A stretch of 64,000 nt of DNA from a bacterium (lineage in GTDB: Bacteria > Hinthialibacterota > Hinthialibacteria > Hinthialibacterales > Hinthialibacteraceae), in assembly GCA_963663405.2 (NCBI GenBank), contig CAXXSM010000123.1, positions 830-64,829 of the forward strand. The letters run 5' to 3'. A program made the position numbers and the translations under genes. Positions 45,449-53,650 of the stretch are shown one piece after another (positions within the stretch are counted from its first letter, which is position 1; each line of letters opens with the position of its first letter). The notes below the pieces were generated by a model. It saw nothing but the letters and a program-made list of their open reading frames with translations, was not told the DNA's origin and ran no database searches.

Positions 45449-46714
45449 ATGAAAACAAGAAAGGGATTGAATATGAAAATGAATGTATTCGTTAAACTTT
45501 GGAGTATTTTGTTCATTCTCAGTATTGTGTCAACCAGCGCCGCAAAGGAATGGAATCAGTTTCGGGGACCGATGCGGGACGGCCGTTCGACGGAGAAAGG
45601 GCTGCTCGAAACATGGCCGGAGGATGGGCCGCCGATGTTATGGTCCTATCAAGGATTGGGCCGGGGATACGCGACTGTTTCCGTTGTGGATGGAGTTCTC
45701 TATACAACGGGAATGATCGATGAAACGGGCTTTCTCTTTGCAATCCGAGATAGCGGAGAATTGAAATGGCGCCATCCCTACGGTCCAGAATGGACGGGAT
45801 CCTATCCTGGAACGCGAACTACACCGACAGTTGATGGAGATCGGCTCTACGTCATGAGCGGGCAGGGACGTATCGCCTGTTTCAATCGAGAGAGCGGTGA
45901 TCGGATTTGGTCTATTGATACGTTAGAAAAATTTCAGGGGGAAAATATAACGTGGGGAATCGCCGAATCCGTCTTGATCGATGGCGATAAAGTCATTTGC
46001 ACACCCGGCGGAGAGAATGCGAGTATTGTGGCCCTGAATAAATATACGGGTGAAACCATCTGGACGTCAAAAGGGTTAAGTAAACCAGCGGCCTACTGTT
46101 CCCCGATTCTTGTTTCTTCCGGTTCCAACCGTCTGTTGTTTACAATGGTCAAAGATCTATTTGTCTGCCTGAATGTGGACAATGGCGATGTATTATGGAC
46201 CATTCCACATCCAACCCGCAATCACATCGCCGCTATCACTCCAGTGGTATGCAAAGACAATCGCGTCTATTTTACCAGCCACGGAACGGGTGGTACGATG
46301 ATCCAGTTCAAAGAGAACGGCGCCGCGTTTTCTGAACTTTGGACCAGCAATGCGCTCGCTTGTTTGCATGGGGGAGTCGTCGTTTATGAGAATGGCGCCG
46401 GTCAATGTCTTTACGGCTCCGATGAAAGAGGGAATTGGGTTTGTCAGGATGTGCAAACAGGTAAGGTGATTTTCGAAGAGAAGATTTTGAACGCCAAAGG
46501 TTCGATCACTTATGCGGATGATCGTTTTTACTGCTATAGTGAGAAAGGTATGTTAGGTTTAGTAAAACCAACAGAAAAGGATTTGGAACTGGTCAGTTCG
46601 TTTCAGATCGCATTGGGCTCGAACGAACATTGGGCCTATCCTGTTATTCAAGACAGGCGGCTTTATATCCGTCATGGGGATACGCTAATGGCGTTTGATA
46701 TCAAGAAAAACTGA
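45449..46714 (+). CDS. Secreted PQQ-like beta-propeller repeat protein
   Basis: Signal peptide. WNQFRGPMRDGRS, with repeated DG.LY..G / W motifs typical of PQQ_2/BamB-like propellers. Confidence 0.7.
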   Translation: MKTRKGLNMKMNVFVKLWSILFILSIVSTSAAKEWNQFRGPMRDGRSTEKGLLETWPEDGPPMLWSYQGLGRGYATVSVVDGVLYTTGMIDETGFLFAIRDSGELKWRHPYGPEWTGSYPGTRTTPTVDGDRLYVMSGQGRIACFNRESGDRIWSIDTLEKFQGENITWGIAESVLIDGDKVICTPGGENASIVALNKYTGETIWTSKGLSKPAAYCSPILVSSGSNRLLFTMVKDLFVCLNVDNGDVLWTIPHPTRNHIAAITPVVCKDNRVYFTSHGTGGTMIQFKENGAAFSELWTSNALACLHGGVVVYENGAGQCLYGSDERGNWVCQDVQTGKVIFEEKILNAKGSITYADDRFYCYSEKGMLGLVKPTEKDLELVSSFQIALGSNEHWAYPVIQDRRLYIRHGDTLMAFDIKKN

Positions 46715-46771
46715 TTTTAGCCAATATGAAATCCTTATCATCTTTTCTTATTGGCGGAATTCAACCAACGT

Positions 46772-47539
46772 ATGAAATATATCATTTTTTCAGACGTTCA
46801 CAGCAATCTAGAAGCGCTGGAAACCTTTCTAGCGCTCACTGATAGGCAGGACGATTGGCGGTTGATCTGCTTAGGGGATGTTGTGGGGTATGGCGCATGT
46901 CCGAATGAATGTTTGGATCAACTTCGTGAACGGAAGATTCCCATTCTCATGGGGAATCATGAAAAGGCGATCTGGGATGAAGAAGAACGGGAATCTTTCA
47001 ACCGATACGCCCGGACGGCGGTTGAGTGGCAAATCAATATTTTAACTCTCTCCAACCAGAGTTTCTTGAGAGAACTACCCTATACAGAAGATATCAGTGA
47101 TGAGAATGGAAACGCGTTTTCTATTACTCACGCGGATTTTTTTGATCCACCATTATTTCTTTACCTTACCTCGCTCCAGAGCGCGGGATATTCTTTTACC
47201 GCTATGGAAAGAGATATTGGTTTTTTTGGACATACCCATCTCCCCGGTGTGTTTATCGAAACGCTGGAAGAGACGTCCAATGAACGGTTCAGTTATACGG
47301 TTATACGGGGAACCGATTATAAACTGTTTCTGGAGGAAAACCACCGATATCTGTTTAATCCAGGAAGTATTGGACAGCCACGGGATTTTGACAATCGCGC
47401 TTCTTACCTGATCTTCGATTCCGATGAAATGAGTGTGATGTGGCGGCGTGTCTCTTACAAAGTTCAGATTGAATCCGATCGTATTCATCGCGCCCAATTA
47501 CCAGCATTTTTAGCCGAACGGATTCAAATTGGACAGTAA
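46772..47539 (+). CDS. Metallophosphoesterase family protein (Metallophos_2-like)
   Basis: MKYIIFSDVHSNLEALE, LGDVVGYGACPNEC, MGNHE, GHTH. The track ORF begins at a TTG at 46751. Confidence 0.8.
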   Translation: MKYIIFSDVHSNLEALETFLALTDRQDDWRLICLGDVVGYGACPNECLDQLRERKIPILMGNHEKAIWDEEERESFNRYARTAVEWQINILTLSNQSFLRELPYTEDISDENGNAFSITHADFFDPPLFLYLTSLQSAGYSFTAMERDIGFFGHTHLPGVFIETLEETSNERFSYTVIRGTDYKLFLEENHRYLFNPGSIGQPRDFDNRASYLIFDSDEMSVMWRRVSYKVQIESDRIHRAQLPAFLAERIQIGQ

Positions 47540-47804
47540 AAGTAGAAACAAAACGGTTGGAAATTAGTAAAAAATAGACCTATAGAGATTGGTATTGATC
47601 GGCGCGCTATATACAATACGAAAAGTAAGTTTCATCTTTCAAGGCCTTTTTTGCCACCGCATTATAAAGATCTGTTTCATTTAACCGTTGAAAGCCAGCC
47701 AGTTAAGAATGGGAATATTCCACTTCTTGGTTGGATGGGTATACTTACATGGTTAGTAAATCCTGTAACCATTCAATATTTGAATATACGGAAGGGGATT
47801 TGTT

Positions 47805-48110
47805 ATGTATGTTGTTAGTGTAACCGTTCATGTCATTCCTGAAAAAGTTGATGATTTCATCCAAGCTACACTCGAGAATGCGCGCGGCGCGCGGCGAGAA
47901 CCGGGTAACATTCGCTTCGATGTCCATCAGGCCGTCGATGATGAATGTCGTTTTCTATTGTACGAGGTGTATCAATCACCCGAAGATTTTACCACCCATC
48001 AAGAAACCGATCATTATTTAATATGGCGGGAAACTGTGAAGAATTGGATGGCGAAGAAACGGGAGGGCGTGAAACACTATAGTCTTTTCCCCAGCGACAG
48101 CGATTGGTAA
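47805..48110 (+). CDS. Antibiotic-biosynthesis-monooxygenase (ABM) domain protein / putative quinol monooxygenase
   Basis: 101 aa. The ferredoxin-like ABM pattern is MYVVSVTVHVIPEKVDDFIQAT...GNIRFDVHQ...FLLYEVYQSPEDFTTHQETDHY. Confidence 0.75.
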   Translation: MYVVSVTVHVIPEKVDDFIQATLENARGARREPGNIRFDVHQAVDDECRFLLYEVYQSPEDFTTHQETDHYLIWRETVKNWMAKKREGVKHYSLFPSDSDW

Positions 48111-48146
48111 CGCTGGGGACAGTGTTCAACTTGCAAGGAGTAATGT

Positions 48147-48722
48147 GTGAGAAAAATAAAGAATGGCTTTACCTTGATTGAACTCTTGATCGTCGTAGCG
48201 ATTATCGGTATTTTGGCGGCGATCGCTGTTCCCAATTTTCTGAACGCCCAAATCCGCGCGAAAGTATCCCGCGCCCAGGCCGATCTCCGGGCGGTCGCGT
48301 CCGCTGTCGCAATGTACACGATTGACCGGGGGGCTCCACCGCCTCATACACATCCAGAACTTGGTGATTCTACAGTAGGATATATCCGGTATAATTTAAC
48401 AACGCCAGTCGCGTATCTCTCCACAGGCCTGTTACCTGATCCCTTTGTTCGCCAGAACGATCCCGACCGGGTGGAAAATTCCGAGCAGTATTATACGTAT
48501 CACAATATGCCTTGGTATGTCGATAAAGGAACGTTTCCAAAAGAATTATTGAATTTTTATGGAACATGGCGCTCCTGTTCCTATGGGCCGGATATGACGT
48601 ATTACAATGGATCGTACGGCGCCCGGATCTATCATTCTTCGAATGGGCTCATCAGTGAAGGCAATATCTGGACTTGTCAAAATAATCCAAATGTCACAAC
48701 GACACCTAAAGGAGTTGATTGA
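48147..48722 (+). CDS. Prepilin-type N-terminal cleavage/methylation protein (GspG-like pseudopilin), paralogue 3
   Basis: GFTLIELLIVVAIIGILAAIAVPNFLNAQIRAK, LTTPVAYLSTGLLPDPFV, YHSSNGLISEGNIW. Confidence 0.85.
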   Translation: MRKIKNGFTLIELLIVVAIIGILAAIAVPNFLNAQIRAKVSRAQADLRAVASAVAMYTIDRGAPPPHTHPELGDSTVGYIRYNLTTPVAYLSTGLLPDPFVRQNDPDRVENSEQYYTYHNMPWYVDKGTFPKELLNFYGTWRSCSYGPDMTYYNGSYGARIYHSSNGLISEGNIWTCQNNPNVTTTPKGVD

Positions 48723-48771
48723 CAGACGGTTTTTCTTAAAAAGTTTTACAATAGCGATTGTTAAGAAACAA

Positions 48772-49911
48772 TCAAAACTGCAAAGGATAAACGCCGTATT
48801 CTCTAAGAGTTTGCAGAGCAAGTTCATAACTTTCAGGCGCGACGGCGCTGCTGATGGAATGATCGGATTGAAATACCCAACCCCCTCCTTTCGCCGCTTG
48901 TAATTTATACCGTATTTCATTTCGAATCGCTTGCGAGTCTCCCGTTTCCAGGATGCGGACATCGATATTGCCAACGAACGCGAGTTTGCCCGCGTATCTC
49001 TTTTTCAGTTTGACAACATCCAATCCAGCTTTCGCTTCAAGAGGATTATATCCGTTGATCCCCATTTCAACCGCGTCGTCAAATATCTCCTGCGCGTCTC
49101 CACAACCGTGATAGACGGTCATTAAGTTGTTCTCACGGCAGAGGTTGATTAAGGATTGGACATGTGGTTTGAAATAATGGCGCCAGCGATCCGCGCCGAA
49201 GAGCATACCTTTCCGATACGCCACGTCCCCCCAAATATACATCCCGCAAAGCCGTCCTTTACCTGCGGTTATCTGCGCCCGTGCTGTTTCCAGCAGGAAG
49301 GCGCCGATCCGGTTGATGAATTCCGCCAGCTGATCCGGGGCTTCCGCCATCCAGAGCAGCGAGTTTTCACTGCCGATAATCCGCCAGAGGTATTCGTAAG
49401 GTTCACAAATCGAGCCGAAAACAGCGAAATCGTCAACATACGGTTGCAGCCGTTCATCCCAGGATGGTATGTCGCGAACGAGTGTATCCGCCACGCAATT
49501 GAGTTGATCGTCTCCTCCATTGTAGAAACGGCGGGGATCGGTGGGATCATCAAATGTGAATAATTCCATCTCATCCGGTGTATTGACAGAGAAGGCTTCG
49601 AATCGGGGCATGGGAAAATCCTTGCGCCGCCGGATCGTGGCCCCGAAACCGGTCCGGATGACAACGTTGTCTTCCGTTTGTTCGATTGTTTCAAAAGATT
49701 GGATTTTTGGGTCCATGTTGGGTGTGATGACGATATAATCGAGGTCGAAATACCGGTAGGGATCGAAATCGGCCCCCCATTTTTCCCGGCAGCGTTTCAA
49801 AAAACCGGTCCAAAAAAATTCCCCGGTGGGAACATGGTCTCCTTCCCTATGCGACAACGCGTTTTTCATCCGCGTAATTTTCTCTACCGCTTTTCCCATG
49901 ATTGATCCCAT
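48772..49911 (-). CDS. Uroporphyrinogen decarboxylase (URO-D) family protein (MtaA-like methyltransferase/decarboxylase fold)
   Basis: The C-terminal pattern is YHGCGDAQEIFDDAVEMGINGYNPLEAKAGLDVVKLKKRYAGKLAFVGNIDVR...GGGWVFQSDHSI. Confidence 0.7.
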   Translation of the reverse strand: MGSIMGKAVEKITRMKNALSHREGDHVPTGEFFWTGFLKRCREKWGADFDPYRYFDLDYIVITPNMDPKIQSFETIEQTEDNVVIRTGFGATIRRRKDFPMPRFEAFSVNTPDEMELFTFDDPTDPRRFYNGGDDQLNCVADTLVRDIPSWDERLQPYVDDFAVFGSICEPYEYLWRIIGSENSLLWMAEAPDQLAEFINRIGAFLLETARAQITAGKGRLCGMYIWGDVAYRKGMLFGADRWRHYFKPHVQSLINLCRENNLMTVYHGCGDAQEIFDDAVEMGINGYNPLEAKAGLDVVKLKKRYAGKLAFVGNIDVRILETGDSQAIRNEIRYKLQAAKGGGWVFQSDHSISSAVAPESYELALQTLREYGVYPLQF

Positions 49912-49988
49912 TTCTACTTAATATGACAATTATTGTCTATTTCACGATTAATGTGTTTATCATCAATACAACCTATTGTTTTGTCAAT

Positions 49989-50079
49989 ATGTAGATGAAA
50001 ATGAGTTTCCGAGATTGACTCGTTCGCAATGACTCCCGCAGCTCATTTTCATTTGCGGTTGTGATCTCAATCATGATGG
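49989..50079 (-). repeat. Structured intergenic repeat, copy C (reverse orientation)
   Basis: The reverse complement reads CCATCATGATTGAGATCACAACCGCAAATGAAAATGAGC, a 35-nt insert containing CGAACG, then AACTCATTTTCATCTACAT. It lies about 78 nt upstream of the URO-D-family gene and is co-oriented with it. Confidence 0.7.
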
Positions 50080-50198
50080 TTCATATATTTTCTCAATTGT
50101 ATTGATTTTAAATTCATAGTCCTTAAAAAAGCGGAATTAAGTTGCATAATATTAATTGAGGCTTTTATTCCAGGGACAAGAAGTTCAGGAGCGCATGC

Positions 50199-50582
50199 AT
50201 GCATGAATTATCCATTGCGCAGCAGATTCTCGAGAATGTAGAAAGAGAAGTCCGGAAACAACCTGTCAGCTGTGTGACAGGCGTTCATCTGCGCGTAGGG
50301 CGGTATTCCGTTGATAAACAGAGTTTAACGTTCTGCCTTGAAGCTGTCACAATGGGAACTCTTATGGAAGGAGCCGCTATCCAAATAACGGATCTGGAAG
50401 AAGTATTGAATTGTCCGGATTGTGGACCGCTTACAGAAGAACAGGTAGTGAATGGCGTCTGTTCCATCTGTGGCCGGTGGATTTCGTCTTCGCTTGGAGG
50501 GGTGGATATCATCCTTCAGGAGATTGAATATGAATGTGAAAAAGATGACATTGGAGAAGAAAGTTCAATCGAAGGGGTATGA
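50199..50582 (+). CDS. hypA: Hydrogenase/urease nickel incorporation protein HypA
   Basis: MHELSIAQQILENVEREV..., with zinc-site motifs CPDCG and CSICG. Confidence 0.85.
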   Translation: MHELSIAQQILENVEREVRKQPVSCVTGVHLRVGRYSVDKQSLTFCLEAVTMGTLMEGAAIQITDLEEVLNCPDCGPLTEEQVVNGVCSICGRWISSSLGGVDIILQEIEYECEKDDIGEESSIEGV

Positions 50583-51183
50583 GATTTCTCTTCGTTTGAA
50601 GGCGTTTTTTAAAGAAAGGAGTATTTTTACCGTCAATCTGATCGGTTCACCAGGCGGTGGGAAAACAACTCTTTTAGAAGCTTTGGCTCCCCGCTTGAAA
50701 GGACGCGCCGCTGTGATTGAAGGGGATCTACAAACTGATGAAGATCGGCTTCGGATCGAACGCGCCGGCCTGCCCGCCTACCAGATCAATACCCAAGGCG
50801 CCTGTCATTTAGACGCGGGAATGATCGAACGGGCGTTGGATGAATTCCCACTTTCGCAAATACAGTTTCTATTCATTGAAAACGTAGGGAATCTGGTTTG
50901 CCCCGCTGGATTTGAGATTGGAGAAGCGATGAAAATCGCGGTGCTCTCGGTAACGGAAGGCGACGATAAACCCGCGAAATATCCCAATGCGTTTCATGTC
51001 TCCAGCGCGATGGTTATCACGAAAACCGATCTGCTTCCTTACCTTCATTGTGATGTAGGCCGAATGGAAAGAGACGCCCTGCAAGCGAATCCGGCGTTAA
51101 AAATCTTTCGTCTTTCCGCCCAGGCTGGAGAAGGAGTCAACGCGTTGATCGATTGGCTGGAAGAAGCGGCGGCGTCTCAATAA
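50530..51183 (+). CDS. hypB: Hydrogenase nickel incorporation GTPase HypB
   Basis: GSPGGGKTTLLEAL, ENVGNLVCPA, ITKTDL. I chose the start at MNVKKM (50530), which overlaps the hypA 3' end. The track ORF begins at 50452. Confidence 0.85.
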   Translation: MNVKKMTLEKKVQSKGYEISLRLKAFFKERSIFTVNLIGSPGGGKTTLLEALAPRLKGRAAVIEGDLQTDEDRLRIERAGLPAYQINTQGACHLDAGMIERALDEFPLSQIQFLFIENVGNLVCPAGFEIGEAMKIAVLSVTEGDDKPAKYPNAFHVSSAMVITKTDLLPYLHCDVGRMERDALQANPALKIFRLSAQAGEGVNALIDWLEEAAASQ

Positions 51184-51224
51184 ACCCGGGATGGAAACGC
51201 GTATTCGTTACGATTCTCGTTTGT

Positions 51225-53582
51225 TTAATCCACTGACATTGCCACCCGAAATCCGATATTCGGACTCTCGTCCTCAGGATCGTATCCACTCCTGTACGCG
51301 GCGCGCAAAGAGCGGGGCCGGCTGAACCACCCCCCGCCTCGAAGAATCCGGTATTCACCCGATTCGTTATTGATTGGATCGTTGGAGGGGGAGCGGCTGT
51401 AATAGTCCTCGTCGTACCAATCCTCGCACCATTCGAATACGTTTCCAAGCATGTCATACAATCCAAAATCATTCGGTTCGAAAAAACCGACAGGCGCTGT
51501 CACTAGATAACCGTCCTCACAGTTTAACACAGTCCAACTGGAGTATCGTTGATGGGTGGTCAAATCGGCGATATTGGCGTACGCACAGGCAAGTTCATCA
51601 TTTGGATCATCTCCCCAATACCTGCGGTTCACTGTCCCGGCGCGTGAGGCGTATTCCCACTCCGCCTCGGTTGGTAAGCGGAACTGTCTACCAGTTTCTT
51701 CGGTTAACCATTTGCAAAATCCTGTAGCTTTTTTCCAGTTTACATACACCACTGGTTGATCCTCTCCGTCTAGGTATATCCCGTCATAATCTCTACTATT
51801 GAAATTGGGATTATACGCGCGGAACTGCGCGTTTGTCACTTCGTATTTCCCAAGATAAAAATCATGCGTAATTGTTACCCAATGTTGAGGCCCTTCATCA
51901 TCATACCGGTCTTTTTCCGTCTCAGGCGAACCCATGAGAAATTCCCCGCGCGGGATGAGTACCATCTCTAAAGGTTTAACATTGGTGGGGAGATTGGGAA
52001 CGTCGAGTGTAATTTCCTTTGGCGCCGGAGTGGCTGGTTCGGTTGGCTCAGACGTTGGATATGGGGTTGGACTGAGAGTCGGCGCCAGTGTAGAGGTTGG
52101 CGCCGGCGTTGATGTTGAGGGCGCCACTGGGGGAGATGATGGTGTATATGTTGGCGCCGGTACGGGAGTTGAAAACGTGGGTGATAACACAGGTGTAAAT
52201 GTCGGTGACATTGCCTGTGTTGGAGTCAATGTAGGTGTCAGGGGTGGAACTGGTGTTGGAGTGAATGATGGCGTCCGTGTTGGTGTAAGAGTTGGCGCTG
52301 ATGTTGGCGTGGATGAGGCGCCAGTTGTTGGCGTTAAAGGAATTGTGATGGGGAAAGATTCTGCGTTTCCATCCTCCGATATGCGGTATAGTGAAGGATC
52401 AACTTCACCCCCATTCAAAAATTCTCCATGATAAAACCATCCCGGTTCTAAGAGAAATACTTCAAACGTATCAAGATACACAATCGCAGATCCTGTTTCA
52501 CCACTGTTTACAACTTGTATGAGTGGTTGAAATCCTGTTGACGGAGGAACAAAGAAGGTGGACAGCCGCTTGTATTGATAGAGAAAAAGACTTCCATTAT
52601 TCGGTGTATTCGTGGTGATAAACGTGTTCGGTCCTTGATCGATCGCGGCCAGTACCACGGAGACCGATGGATTATTCGTTCGTACGGAGCACCTTATTAT
52701 TGCAGCGTGGGAGGTTTCAATTTGAGGGCCTATAAACATGACGCCTTGACCGGACGCCGCGATCACAATGGCGCCCTTTCCATCCGTGGCGGTGGGAAAA
52801 CTTTCTTCAACAGGAATGAATGAGAAAAACACATTCGCTTGGGGCAAAGTATCGAAGCCCGCTCCCATCACGGTGATTTCTTCTCTTTCCGCGCTTTCGT
52901 AGGAAAATTCAATCGAGATGGGCGGATCGGATTCATCGGCGGTGACTTGTAATCCCTCTGCAAAATCGGTTTCTGATAGGGAGAGACGCTTTGGAATCAC
53001 CTCATCCCCATTAATTAATTCTTCGTTGTAATATCGATCTGATTCCAAAAGGTATACATCAAAACGGTCTAAATAAACAGTAAGCGTCTCTGTTTCGCTT
53101 GTGTTGACAACTTGGATCAAGGGCTGGAAACCACTTGTCGATGGAGGGATAGAAAAACAGGAAAACTTCTGATATTGATTCATAAATAACGCGCCGTTAT
53201 TTGGCGTCACCGTTGAAATAAAAACATCCTCCCCCTGATCGATCGTGGCGAGATAAACGGACGCATGTGGGGTGTTAGCGCGGACAGAACATTGAATTAC
53301 CGCCGCTTTATCCGTCTCAATAACCGGTGGGAATATCATTACGCCTTCCCCCGGCTGGGCGGAAATGATAATACCATGTCCATCCGTAGCGTCTTCAAAC
53401 GCATTGTCTGTAGGGATGGCGCTGAATGTCACAGCCGCTTTTGGGAGAGTGTCGAATCCAGCCCCGATGATCGTTACTTGATTGGCTTCCGTCGTCTGTC
53501 CAGAAAACTCAAAACGGATGGGCGTATCTTGCGCGAAACTGGTTACAGTGGAAAACAGTGCTATGATCCAAGCGTATTTCAT
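51225..53582 (-). CDS. Secreted protein with two copies of an unknown N-terminal domain, a Pro/Thr-rich linker and a C-terminal FGE-sulfatase (SUMF1-like) domain
   Basis: I chose the start at the signal peptide MKYAWIIALFSTVTSFAQ. Two segments of about 190 aa are paralogous (..VTIIGAGFDTLPKAAVTFSAIP.. / ..ITVMGAGFDTLPQANVFFSFIP..). The FGE motifs are MVLIPRGEFLMGSP, RLPTEAEWEYA, GNVFEWCEDW, RILRGGGWFS, IGFRVA. Confidence 0.85.
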   Translation of the reverse strand: MKYAWIIALFSTVTSFAQDTPIRFEFSGQTTEANQVTIIGAGFDTLPKAAVTFSAIPTDNAFEDATDGHGIIISAQPGEGVMIFPPVIETDKAAVIQCSVRANTPHASVYLATIDQGEDVFISTVTPNNGALFMNQYQKFSCFSIPPSTSGFQPLIQVVNTSETETLTVYLDRFDVYLLESDRYYNEELINGDEVIPKRLSLSETDFAEGLQVTADESDPPISIEFSYESAEREEITVMGAGFDTLPQANVFFSFIPVEESFPTATDGKGAIVIAASGQGVMFIGPQIETSHAAIIRCSVRTNNPSVSVVLAAIDQGPNTFITTNTPNNGSLFLYQYKRLSTFFVPPSTGFQPLIQVVNSGETGSAIVYLDTFEVFLLEPGWFYHGEFLNGGEVDPSLYRISEDGNAESFPITIPLTPTTGASSTPTSAPTLTPTRTPSFTPTPVPPLTPTLTPTQAMSPTFTPVLSPTFSTPVPAPTYTPSSPPVAPSTSTPAPTSTLAPTLSPTPYPTSEPTEPATPAPKEITLDVPNLPTNVKPLEMVLIPRGEFLMGSPETEKDRYDDEGPQHWVTITHDFYLGKYEVTNAQFRAYNPNFNSRDYDGIYLDGEDQPVVYVNWKKATGFCKWLTEETGRQFRLPTEAEWEYASRAGTVNRRYWGDDPNDELACAYANIADLTTHQRYSSWTVLNCEDGYLVTAPVGFFEPNDFGLYDMLGNVFEWCEDWYDEDYYSRSPSNDPINNESGEYRILRGGGWFSRPRSLRAAYRSGYDPEDESPNIGFRVAMSVD
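52018..52336 (-). repeat. Low-complexity Pro/Thr/Ser linker-coding region (approximate bounds)
   Basis: It encodes TPTTGASSTPTSAPTLTPTRTPSFTPTPVPPLTPTLTPT...PTEPATPAP. The antisense strand gives the Gly/Val-rich ORF 51934..52431. Confidence 0.7.
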
Positions 53583-53650
53583 GGGGTACCTATGATGTTT
53601 TTCATTGATGATACCAAGACTGGTATTTATGTGGAAGAGTGAAGGGAATA

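Noticed and set aside
51225-51500. Diversity-generating retroelement target (variable region at the 3' end of the FGE/CLec-fold gene)
   Set aside because: There is no reverse transcriptase ORF and no second near-identical template copy of the 3' region anywhere in the window. The C-terminal sequence looks like an ordinary FGE domain. A genome-wide search would still be worthwhile.
51934-52431. 165-aa Gly/Val-rich ORF on the plus strand
   Set aside because: It is the antisense of the Pro/Thr linker of the FGE-domain gene, a low-complexity artefact.
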